A model generated the notes under the pieces. That model searched no databases. It saw only the letters and a list, made by a program, of their open reading frames with translations, and had not been told where the DNA came from. 64,000 nucleotides of DNA, taken from positions 24,738,001 through 24,802,000 of the forward strand of contig OZ260662.1 in NCBI GenBank assembly GCA_965285935.1. Direction: 5' to 3'. Below are positions 1 through 12,059 of this stretch, in pieces (positions within the stretch are counted from its first letter, which is position 1; the number at the start of each line of letters is the position of its first letter). Source of the stretch: Ophelia neglecta (Eukaryota). A program made the translations under genes and the position numbers.

Positions 1-59
1 AAATTAGAAAATAGCAAAAAAACTTCAAACTTATGAATATGCGGTGTGACTGGCTAATA

Positions 60-3000
60 ACTTCCGGAAGTTAGGGAAAATTCAATGCTGCATGATAATA
101 GTGATGAGTTGCATGGGGCACAATATTCCCTTCTTCCTGAACACTCCATTACATTTCTTAACAGCTACCATCTCGTCTCTAGTCGACAAAATTCACAAGG
201 TGACGGCCTTCAGTTCAAACAGATGTGTGGTACGAATATCTGATTGGTCTCAGTATACTTCAAAAAACTAGCGGATTTAGTTGGATGGAATCAGGCAGAC
301 CAACGATGTCGGCTCCAGAAATAGAATAGTAATGAAGCTTTATTCCTTGAAGTTGATTGCGCTTTTTACTTCCATTTGATAGCATATGTACTAACAATTG
401 ATGTTGATCATACAGTTAGGCCCTAATAACGTTCTTAGTGCAAACCAAAATCCCCCTTTTCTTAAATAGAATACGGCCGGATGAATTACAAGAGGAACGG
501 CCAGCCAAGTGTAATAAAGTTATATAACTGGCTTTACACCGCCGCTATATTTTCTAATCAAATGTTACATTATATTTGTACGGTCGTGGTGACTATATAT
601 TCTTGAAGTATAAATTGACCTTTATTTCATACAAGGAATAAACTTATAATGGGCATTAATGGTTAGAAATGCGTACAACACTTTGTTCCACTCCTTTGTT
701 CCACTCCTTGAAGACATATATTACCAAACAAAGTCATACGTTGCTTTGGCAGATCACGTATTGTGTATTCTTTGATATAAACCAACGACCTGTCGTCATT
801 AAACGGCTTTTGAACACGTCAAAATAATTAGTATTAATTTTTCCTTTAACGAAACAAATGCCTTAAAACGACAGAATTCCTCCTGACTCCATCTAAAGAA
901 TGAGCTTGTCAATCTTATACAATATAATCATGTGTCGACAACAGGGGAAGTGCAGCGACTGGTGAGATACAAATACCATCCTATTAGATATTTTCGGTCT
1001 AGTGGACCTTGTCTAATCGGACACATACTACTGTGATATATCGTTGGCCCTGCCTGCAAAAGCGTGTTATTTACTTTTGCATAGCCTTGTTATTAATGAC
1101 AATATAGAACGTTGGGGCTTCTTCCAGATCAATAAGCTTTGGTTTGGAATAAGGAGTTGACAAATTGGTGTCTGCAACTCGAATGTTTTAGCTATCAATC
1201 CCGACGACATCTGAATTTCTCAGAAGAAAAGTTGTTTGTCCCTAGTTTGAATTAGAATGCTATAGCTGGTTAGCATATTGCCAATAGACGTCTTCAAATA
1301 TGAGTGGATATCAAACTTGTGTCTATTTTTTCTTTCTTTCTTTCTTTTTATTTATTATTCATCTTATGTTTATATACACAACATTAGAAATTAATTCAAC
1401 ATTACATATGTACGCCATTCATTATTGTCAAATTATATTCCTTTCAAAGATGTTACTTTATTACCAAAATCATTTGTCATAAGAATATTACTCGCTCTAC
1501 CATGTCTTAATTTGTGTTATGCAAAGTTTTCCATTTAAGAAAATTGAATTGGAGTACAGGTATTCATCTAGGCTACTAAAACATTCAAGGGAATGCCAGA
1601 CAGAATTTGGCTTCACTTAATGCTATTCGATTGCAGTTATAGTGTTCCGTGGTCTTTTGTCCTTTTCTTGAATTTTGACATTATTTAACTTGTGGCATAT
1701 GGGTATTGCTAACGATTGTAGGTACAACCATAATACTAGACAATACTTTGCAAAGAGAAATATTAATTATAGTGCTTTGCAATGTTCGTCACATGCAACA
1801 TATATTCATATTTGCTAAGCGGTAGTTTGGGGAGCTAATAGGGGCTAATATGAATAGAAACATACGGCAGAAACTAACCTGTATATACATGTGACAAGCG
1901 GCACCCGACCTTACCAATTAAACACCGCTCCGCCTCCGATAGGCAACTGATTGGTCACCGATTTAAAGCGCCCGCCAAGTGATCAACAGCCAATGGACAG
2001 TTTGAATATATAATCTACCGATGGAATACTGGCGTCATCTGATTGATTACCTTTTAAACTGCCATTAACCACCGATGAAAACTAACGAGATCTCGATTTT
2101 TAATTCTTAACTTTTTTCATCGGTGGTTAGTATAAGTTAATCGGTGCCTTATCGGTGGCTTATGTGTGGCCTATCAGTGATATCGGTTGTAGACAGGTTG
2201 TTTATCGGTTATTTGTAAAGTATTTTCACCGATCGAGAATTTTAACTGATTCGTAATGCAAATGAAGTCAATTGTGAAATATAAATACTATAAATATAAT
2301 ATAAAAAATCCTCCGATGGGCCTCTGTACATGCTTGAAAATTCTGACCATCCTGAAAATGTAAAACATGGGTTAACATTGAATGAAAGGATTTGTTGTAA
2401 TAAGGGTGGGCACCGACAATTTTTTGATAGATAATTTGGAAAAAAAGGCAATGATGAAAAAAAACTTTATTAAGGAGTGGATAGTGCGGAAAGAGTAGAA
2501 CTTCTGAAATACTGAACAAACCCAAAATAAAGATGATATCGCAAGGGTTCCGTAAGTGATAATTTTTTCATTTTGACGTCCAAATATTTATAGCATTGAA
2601 GGTTTGGAACATCTCATTATTGACAATCCAGATAGGTACAGGGAGGTTTTTAAAAAGCCTCCAACAGTGTCGTTTGAAAAAAAAAATAGACAGGCAGGAT
2701 AAAAGGAATGATCAATCACTCTTATAGCTAGGTCAGGGATTCGTGTGCGCATGCGTCATAATGGTGATAGCCCAGAATACATATTATACGCAGGTGTAAT
2801 CAGAACTAAAATATGACTGATGCACAAGTTTGGCAATAACTTAATTTGAAAAGAATAGGAAAGAACATCGAGACTGAGCGCACCTTTTTACCTTATTTAC
2901 ATCTTTCGCCGCGACCCCGATCGCTAAAAAGATACCTTTTAGTCGGCAAAATAGGTAATCAAGTCACAGAAGTGGCTGAATGGAGATCAGACGATATACA

Positions 3001-6000
3001 GCAGCGCTCCAAAGTGGCAAATTACAAAATGGTCTTTTGTCAAATTGTACATAGCTAAGGGGTTGAATCGAGTGTCTGGCTAGAGACAGAGACGTTTACT
3101 TACATTTTCTGACGCTTGCTAGCATACCGATGGTATTAAAACCCGGGACAGCTCCTCGGGCTACATGGGTATTTTGTAATGGTGACTGAAAGCTTAAATC
3201 GATAGGTTACCCAGGTTTCGTTAGCAATTCTTTATCTATAAATAACCTAATACATTGACTTGCATGTGTTTTTACTTGGAGCTAATCCTGTGTTTTTCTT
3301 GAGCTGAACCCTAATGATTTAACCCACCCTTCTAATTTGCGGTGCATGAAATGACATGATCTGGATAGTTACCTGCTTTAAATTAAAATAAAACGGGCTT
3401 GGCATTTTATCATAACTTGTTAAAAGGCAATGTTCATAGTAAAAAGATAAGTTAAATGATAACATGTTTTATTTTTATGTTATTTTTGTCACCATCATAT
3501 TTAAAATCATGTAAAGTGATTTTTTTAAAGGTATCTTAAGTCCTAGGGCAAATTAAACAGACAATTTGTGACAACTGGTTTTGGATTGTCAGCCATATGT
3601 TCAATCCAATTTGTTATCAGCTACAGTATAACATCAAGCCGAAGACCACTGTTGAGCAATTGTGGTCTTATTCCATCGAAATAGTTTATGGTATATAATA
3701 TTTCTCACATTACTTGCCCAAAAATTAGCCCTGGATTAAACTAGCATGGTTTTTAAACAATGGGAATTATGCAGGAAAGAATTGAGATGTCAAAAGTCAC
3801 TTGGATAAGATAGAAGTAATATGCTATCATCATCAACTGCTGTAATCGCTACCTCGAGGTGCCTCATATGAGAACCCGATTTTTCTGAATAATTTCTGGA
3901 ATAATTGGACAAACTAATCAATAATATCACATTATCGCACCCAAGTTTCTTAATGTGGGTTAGGTGATGTGCTGACTCAATCAATTAAACTTTCTATCTC
4001 CGCTTCTCTGCTTCCTCATAAAAGATATTTAACGAATAGGACAAATATGTATTCTTGTTACGCATTCCAAATCGAACCGCGAGGATATTTATCATACTAG
4101 TTGTGCAGGAAAGGCACTCACTCGATAAATCTGCCTTCTTAATGGCGGCATTACCCGTAATTTCCTGTCTTTTCGTAAGGAAATTGCCAGTAGTATTTTT
4201 AAGCATTTACTGTGGGTTAATATTTGACATCAGGTTTTTATCAATGTACACTTATTCTAGTCCTACTCAATAACCATTGGAGTGATGAGCGGGAAAAGTA
4301 AAAATACGAGGATTGGTGCTTTTTTTACTATAATGGTCTTTTTTATAAGCATGATAATGGTGCCGGAGCTCACGTAGGTTTAGGGCGGGCTAACTTCTAC
4401 TTGCTAAGGCTTTAATGGCCGCATCGCCAAACAGTGGAAATACAGAAAGTTAGGGGGGGGGGGGCTAAAATTAGTGTGTATGCCTCAATGGACTTACGCA
4501 CTGTTGCCACCGCCCAAGTTAAACGGAATAGTACGTATTCCGATTTCACAGCATGTGCAAGCCTCTGATCACCAGACCAACAGATACGGAAGCCTTCTTA
4601 GTGAACACTATATTGAAAATACCTTGCGAACAGTTACTTGTCGTTGAACATGGCACCTGGGCATAAGACATGCATTGACTTGCCAAGGAAGCAAGATAAA
4701 GATTTATTCTCCAGAAGCGTGCGCAAGGTATTTCGAGGGTATTAGGCCGTGGACAATATAATTTGCTTAAGGCCAAGATAGCTCATATTGCTTCCTCAGC
4801 AAGCCAATATTTGTTATATTACGTTTGTATGCTATGTTTGATAAAACCCTTTTTTTATTTCCATCACATCCATTTCTGTGAATTGTGTACTCAGAACAGC
4901 CAAGCGCAAACACGGGGAAAGTCATATTCCTCCATGGAGATAATGAAAAACTGCTTCACCGCATTTTTCTGATTCTTCAATTGTACATAGAAATGCGTAT
5001 TGAATATTAACCACGATATTCATTAAAATAACGAAATATGTATATTAAAATGTGATTCTTGGCACTACATACCACACTTATTGCGGCGAGAATAACGTCC
5101 GATGAAGCTACCAGTGCGATGTAGCGTAGTAATATATATCAACTAATTGGGTTATCCCCTTCTAACTCCCAAACCAAAGATAATACCGAAAATAATGTAA
5201 CGGACCAAACATAATAGAGAACATTATAAAATAAAGGCAAAACGATATATAATGGTTATGGCACGTGGGTGGCGTTTACCAATCACATTATCCCTTGATC
5301 TTATTTTATACTTATATACGTAATATACTAACGTGAAAAAGGTAGAAGAGATGTAGATTTCGTATCAGTCAAGCAGGCAGACTTGGGTATATGGTGTAGG
5401 TAGCTGAGTACAGTTCGCCGCCGTCTATAAACATATGGGTAAAGACACGAGGCTTGGTCAAACACATAATCAAAGGACTTAAAAGTGTTGTGGTGATTGC
5501 ATACCGGCCGTTTGATAAGTTGAGAAAATTACTATCCACTGGCTACTGATACAGACATCGCTTGTATGGCAATCAGTCGACTGGGCTATGTGAAAGTTAG
5601 CTGGTGATCAGAGACATTTTGAGCAAAGCGCCCTACAATAGAAGAGATTAAAGCATCGCTTCACATTTGGTTAATTATGGATACATCGGAGTCAAAGACG
5701 GATCTTTATGAGTACATCTCAAGGTAGAAGCGAAAAAAGTTCAATACATCTGAAGAGCAGGCTTGTATAGACTGCAGCGAATGATAAAACAATAAGCCAT
5801 ATAGTTGTATATATAACCAGGAAGCATTTGTCTGTACATAAGAACCATGGTACACCAGTGTCAGTTTGTAAGGTGTAGGGCGTTCCTTACGTACTGTCCA
5901 TTGTCTGAATATTCTCATAGAGTTATTGCCATACAGTTTCACCTATTTGTGGAATATCTTTAGGAAGAGGAAAATGGCAATGGCAGTGTTGACAATGGCA

Positions 6001-6350
6001 CGGCGCTGTAAATCATGTCAGCGTCATGAAGTACAATTAAATGTTGTAGCTTCTACATATTTTCTTTGAAAACAATGACCTGAGATATCACACGGTGACA
6101 GTTTTCACTACAAATGAATGTGTATTATTGGAAAATCAACATCATGAAATTTAAAATCATCAACTATGGGCAGAACTGATTGGTTTAATTGTGTGGATAA
6201 TGGAATTAAAAGACGTGTGGAAATTCGCGCCAATATTTTGTTCACAATGGCATGTTCCAAAGAAATTGGACTCAAGGAAAACTGTCATGCAATTCATTTT
6301 ATTATAAATATGTCAAGCGCCACATCGTTATAAATGGGTTTGTTTAGATG
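60..6350 (+). pseudogene. Heavily decayed Sushi/CCP-module coding remnants (upstream block)
   Basis: Plus-strand translations: 196-309 QGDGLQFKQMCGTNI*LVSVYFKKLADLVGWNQADQRC (one frame); 2930-2983 RYLLVGKIGNQVTEVAEW; 3543-3614 LGQIKQTICDNWFWIVSHMFNPIC; 4585-4660 YGS...VTC/HGTW; 6091-6147 HGDSFHYK*MCIIGKSTS*. These match the CCP consensus C..P...NG....(Y/F)G..V.(Y/F).C..G(Y/F).L.G...I.C...G.W....P.C. Boundaries approximate. Confidence 0.55.
1902..2240. mobile_element. Foldback/MITE-like palindromic element
   Basis: Perfect 16-bp inverted repeat TAACCACCGATGAAAA (2066-2081) / TTTTCATCGGTGGTTA (2114-2129); left half is rich in (A)CCGAT, right half in ATCGG(T). Outer ends uncertain. Confidence 0.55.
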
Positions 6351-6749
6351 AATGTGACTAAACTAAGCCCAATTAAAAGATTTATTAAAAGTATTGAAAT
6401 TGTATTATTGAAAGGCACATGGCAATAATTTTTTCTTGATTATTTATCTTGCCTTTATTTAATTCAGTTGATTATTGGAACAGTCCGTAGTTGATGGGAT
6501 GGATGTACCTCTATGATACATATGTTGTGTTCTTTCAATTTAGTTTTCTTTTTGTTATGGCTATTGAGTCACATTTTGAAAATATCTTTTGTTTGAAAAG
6601 CTATCTAATCCGCCATTGTTATAAAGTTCTAATTTATTTTTTTATTCAATGCATAGGCTAATTTTTAACAGCATGCCTGTTTCTGCCCTGAATTTAGAAA
6701 GTAGTCTGATGTGTTTACAATCCGTAACCGTCTTGTCTTAAACTGCACT

Positions 6750-6990
6750 AAAGACCAGTGGAACAATGTATAGATGGCCTTTAGTGAAAATCCATTAAGG
6801 TTAAAAGCCGACAACCAACAAAAGAACCATGATTTTAAAGTGACAAAGTACTCACAGCCATTGTCAAGATGAAATGGGGTAAGGCCCCTGGAGACAACGG
6901 CATAACTAATGAGCCTTAAAAATTATCCAAATGCCTTCACCAACTCATCTAAACCTGGTTAAACAGTATCCTGAAAGCAGGTGATCAACA
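6750..6990 (+). mobile_element. Non-LTR retrotransposon fragment (RT N-terminal region), degenerate
   Basis: From 6842: DKVLTAIVKMKWGKAPGDNGITNEP*KLSKCLHQLI*TWLNSILKAG (K-A/S-PG-DG motif of LINE RTs); nucleotide similarity to about 10530-10790. Confidence 0.75.
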
Positions 6991-7308
6991 GACATCTAAA
7001 GCATACATTTTTATTACGAAAAATTACAATTTCAACGTAGTTTTAAGATAATCGAATCGAAAACTGTATGGCATTTAACACTGGCGGGACACATCCAAGG
7101 TCGCAACGAAAGTATTGGCTCTGAACCTGTTTTTATGTGACATTTGAAATGCCTCTTTTGCAGGACGACAGGACAAGCAAAAAATATCGATTCAAGTACA
7201 GACTCTGGCATAGACTGTTCATCCAAACTTAAATTCATGCACTGAAACCGTAGAAAACGGACGCACTTATCAACTTGGTGTTTTATTCGATTTGTCCATT
7301 ACCTTAAG

Positions 7309-9195
7309 ATGGGTAAATTCAAGTTGACGTATTTTGGTTTTCGGTAAATTTGGCGCTCGAGCTGGTTGTAGGAGGATTCGATTGGAAAGGAACGGAATCA
7401 CTCTTAGACAGTTGCCTGATTTTAGGATCGTAGATTTGTTGTTCGGGACCGTTATTGGGAATTTCTTTAAAGGATTCTTTAACCCTAAAGGGTATGCCTC
7501 AAGGGGTCATGATCCCAAATTGTGCATTTGGAGACCCTTTATTTTAGTAAAATGAATTCTAAAATAATATATTCCATTGTCATTATTTTTTTATAATTAG
7601 CATGAGACTAATATTAAATACCTTGATTTTTTGGAAAAACAAAAGTTAAACATGATATCTTTTTTCTACGAATTGACAGAATACTGATGGATACGCCATA
7701 AAATACTCCAAAAGAATGTGCTGATTCAGGGTCAACTTATCTTATATGCACAAACCATGGTAATAATAATGGAAAAAAGTTTCCTTTTTTTCAAGCCATT
7801 GAACTGTTTGCTGATCTAATTACCTCATGGCATTTATAAACACACAATTGCAATGGTAAATACTAATATAACGTTTAATTAATTAAGGGTAGAAATACAG
7901 TTATTTTGGCTTCATGGCAACTGAGAAATATCCTTTTAGGAATCATATCAGAACACTTATTTCAATAAAAGTCTTAATAGACTCTGCACGTCCATAGAAG
8001 CTCTAATTAAATTGTCCTTAGTGTTTGGCAATATATCTTGAAATAAATATACTTTCCATCTGAAATATAGTACATGGTATATGATGCTTTCATTTCATAT
8101 CCATAGGTTTAATACAAAGGTTTTAGGTCAATTATCTGAACATTATATATACAATGAAAACAATTCTTGCACTGGAAACTATATTTGCCTTATTGAAACA
8201 ATATGAGTTCTTCACTAACATTGCAAATCTACCCATACTAAGAGACAACGAGCGAATGCAAATTTAAGAACCATGAGCAGTCTATCTTTATAGCATTTTC
8301 AATCTAACGATCAGATTTTCCTTTTGGCCAGCTTCCTAGTGTCGAATTTGATGGTAGGTTGTGTGGTCGGACTGCCGTCATTTTAAGGTACCTAGGAGGA
8401 ACGTCAGGCACGTTGTTGTATATGCTCTCCGAGATATTATTCAATGTCAATTTGAACCCATTACAAAAACCCATCAGTTATCCTGTCTGACCTTTTCGTT
8501 TAAGAAACTTGAGTGTATGTTATGTATAAGACAAACCTGGAATTTAATTATCTATTGGCATTCGAACTACCCGCATCCATAAGAAGACGAATTATTGTTT
8601 AATTGTAGGACTCTTTGGTGACACTCCGGTCGATAATTTGCTGATAGATTCCATCTTTGATCAGGAGAATGACGGGAAAGAGAAATTTGGGAAGGCAATT
8701 TTTGGCACTGACGACCAAAACATGCACAGTTTATTAAGAACAACTTAAGTCACATATCTTTAAAAGAATTATACTACTTCCTAAGCATGTCAGGTTAATA
8801 ACGGGTGTGTCCATGGGCACCAAACAAATATTGAAACAAAGGCATTATGTATTAGCGTGGTCTCAGTCTTCAAATTCCACTCTTTCGGCGTTTTGTACTG
8901 TAGGTTTTTAATGAAATCTAAGGTATAGTTTGCTTACATTTCCTTGAATATCATATCTTTGAAAAATCACTTAATGGCCTATTGGGGCTGTGCCTCCACG
9001 TCCGTCTTATGATCGTAAGACGGATCCTTCAACATGATGCTTTTATATATATGTTAAGAAAGTTATTTTCCATATGTGCAGCTGAAAGAGGTTTACCATA
9101 GTGTGCGTCCCCTTTTCTCCTACACTGATGGGTGTATAAATCCTGCGCGTGGATTAATATGCAAGGATACGTTGATTTCGGGCATGATGTATTTG
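7309..9195 (+). pseudogene. Sigma-class GST pseudogene, tandem paralog of the gene at 14867-21324
   Basis: Exon 1 relic 7309-7429: MGKFKLTYFGFR* then frameshifted LVVGGFDW and NGITLRQLPDFR. Exon 2 8315-8407 (93 nt, as in the intact gene): FPFGQLPSVEFDGRLCGRTAVILRYLGGTSG. Exon 3 8609-8721 (113 nt, as in the intact gene): GLFGDTPVDNLLIDSIFDQENDGKEKFGKAIFGTDDQN, with the donor lost. Exon 5 relic about 9024-9195: HDAFIY...AERGLP*...QGYVD. Exon 4 not confidently found. Confidence 0.88.
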
Positions 9196-9839
9196 TTTTA
9201 TACCATAAAAGCACCACCTGTTTTACTAATTATTCGACTACAATCAGTATGAATAGAAACTCCTTGATCAAAATTCGATTATCCTAGAATCAGTGAAATG
9301 ACAGTCTAACTCATATGATGCATAATGTGTATGCATATTTTCAACTATCTAAAGGAACCAACGTGGACATTAGGTTTGTTTGGTGAGAAAACTGCAGTGT
9401 TGATTACCAAACAAACAAACTTGGTGGTGTATTTTCACAACTCCATTACACAATGCGATCGACTAGTTCGATGTCCGAATTGCTCACGTTACCTCTTAAA
9501 CGGTTGAATATAACAGTTAGAGTCTAAATAGGAACCATATTATAAGAAGATTATATTGTCTTGTGTATTCTATTCTTGATTTACATGTAAGTTACAGTAG
9601 ATATATGATGTATACTGTATACATTATATTTACGCTAAACAGGGTAACTCTTAAAAGGAAACCAAGGAAACAATCATAACTATACAAAAAGGCTAATGTA
9701 AATCAAAATTTGGCTGTCTTTAACGCTTATAATTAACGAATACCTTTCGGTTCCGTACACTGGTTAATGATATTCCTAAACCACAATTATACCTCAAAGC
9801 TCTCTAACTATATATTCGTGCATTCAACTCATAATGATA

Positions 9840-11430
9840 GTCACAAATGAGAGACAAAGAACAACAGCTTGGTCAAGATTAAATCTTTACTCGATCAGAA
9901 AGGCATCAAGCCAAGTTTATCTTTTGATGACAATGGATTAAGATAAAGAGTTGAATATCAAACAAGTATGAATACTGCTAAACAGTACGACAGTCACTGC
10001 TAAAGAATCTGAATTTGTTGTCCATGCGGTTGTCATCTTGGTGATTTCTGTAGCTTACCATTCCAGATGGCCTTTCAGCTAGATCATGACACTGCAGCAG
10101 TCCGTTTTATGGTAAAGGATTTGCGCCTCCTCTACTAGACCGGTGCTGAGTCATTATGTCAAATAATTAATCACGATAGCTAATGATCGAACAAAAACTA
10201 CTCCCAAGTACTCAGGGGCATTGATGAGTACGTCAATCTGGTCTTGCAGATATTTTTATATGTGGAGTCAGCTTTAACGAATGCACAAAACGAACCTCCC
10301 GCCTGCTCCTGCCACGCCCATTAAAGTTCCCTTCCAATGCATTAAAGTGACTAAGCTATCGCCTCAAACCGGCAACACAATGGTAAATCTAGGATAAAAG
10401 CATAGACTTGACGCTTAATAAAGCCACCATACCCTTCATGTGCCTGCTTGTGTGGCATCACCAAGCAAAACACGTTCAAAGGATACCAAACATACCGACG
10501 AATAGCCACATTGACACTATAAACAATATAGTAATCCAGTGAACATGGATGAGCTTGGGCATAGTGAAGAGGTAAAGCCGAAGGTTAGCTCAAATGATGG
10601 GCCACAAGTTTTTCCATGATAAGTTAAATCAGCTATTCACTGATGACGAATAATTCAAGGCCATTGTCAAGTTGAAATGTTTTAAAACCCCTGGAGACGA
10701 CGGCAAAATTGATGTGCTCATAGAATAAATCAAGAGCTTCAAACCATTCATTTTAATCTGGTTCAACATTATCTTTGACGCAGTTGATTACCAGGAGCCG
10801 TGGACGCAGGGACTGATAAACCCGTTGCACAAAATGGAGGTATCCACTGTGCCTCAAATTATTGCTCAATTACACTTCTCACCCCAACAGGGAAACTGTT
10901 CTTTTCCGTTATCACTATTAGTTGGAACGATTGGGCAAGAAAAATTCACGTGTATGTCGCTGGTTAAACCTGCTTGATCACGGGAACATTGAATAATGTC
11001 TTCTTCCTTAAGAGTTATATACAACAATACTTGAAGCGTGTTCAACTTATATACGGTGTGTTCATTGAAATTCTCTCGTGTTTTTGATTGTGTTGAACAC
11101 TGTCGGTTGTCATACTTATCCATACATCTAGGCATTCGAGGAAACGTCAATGGCATTCAGGGCGGCTGTTTCTCATCGTCGATTGGAGATGTTATAGAAA
11201 CCAGGGTCCCACTCTTTGTGTGCGTTATATGAGAACGATCACAAGGCAGCCATACGCAGTGGAGATGACAACACCGTTCTGTATTGGGATGAATTATGGG
11301 ACGAATAACTTGGGATGAATCAATAACCCTCAATACTGACGACAACGCGACTGACCTCGTGGAAAGTCTCAACAATGTCAGCCATTACTATGACACATTG
11401 AAACTGAATGCCAATGTTTACAAAAACATT
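9840..11430 (+). mobile_element. Degenerate non-LTR retrotransposon (LINE) ORF2 with reverse transcriptase domain
   Basis: From 10621: KAIVKLKCFKTPGDDG...WFNIIFDAVDYQEPWTQGLINPLHK / NYCSITLLTPTGKLF...NNVFFLKSYIQQYL / FSRVFDCVEHCRL...LGIRG / TDDNATDLVESLN, i.e. the RT motifs K.PG.DG, PIHK, NYR.ITLL, FSKAFD, ADD with stops and frameshifts. The part 5' of about 10600 is less certain. Confidence 0.85.
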
Positions 11431-12059
11431 GAAGAGGCTGACTCATGCATTATACAATCACTATTTTTTTAGTACGGTGGCCTCTTGTTGCGCAGGTAAA
11501 ACACAATCTTCTTATGGGGTGTCTTTATCTCTCATAGGATCAAGGATTGCGTTGATGGGGTCTGGGGAAAGTCAGTGATTTAGAAGCATTTGCGGCAGGG
11601 CTACTTTTAGCTGTGCATAGGGATTTGAAGCAAGAAATGTTTTTTAATTAGCATTTTCTTCCGCCCATATATATAATATTAAAATTAAGGATGTTTTGTT
11701 ATTCAGGCATAAAGGAAACGAGCGCAAGTTAGAATCTAGGCCCGAAAAAAACTATATGTTCTCGATTTTATAGCATTTTTGGCTTGCTTGCTTTTCTCGA
11801 ATTCGGTCAGTTACGCCATCGCGAGGTACCCAGACAGAAAGACAGGCAAGTTGTTATACATTCTGACCGAAATATTAATCCAATAACATGTTAATCCACA
11901 GATTCTTATTCCATAACTGCCAATGTTATTGATAGATCTATAAACTATCATGTTTCAGATTTGTTTAGTTTAAGAGTGTTTACAATTTATTTGTTAGAAA
12001 TGGTATTAAATTGATATGTAGGCCCTAGATAAATTTCATCCATGATAATGTGACTGAAG

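Noticed and set aside
5880-5945. Minus-strand LYGNNSM as a third GST exon-3 relic
   Set aside because: Similarity is limited to a few residues and there are no neighbouring GST exons.
8904-9000. Exon 4 of the GST pseudogene
   Set aside because: Only a vague FLE...EKS..G resemblance, not enough to call.
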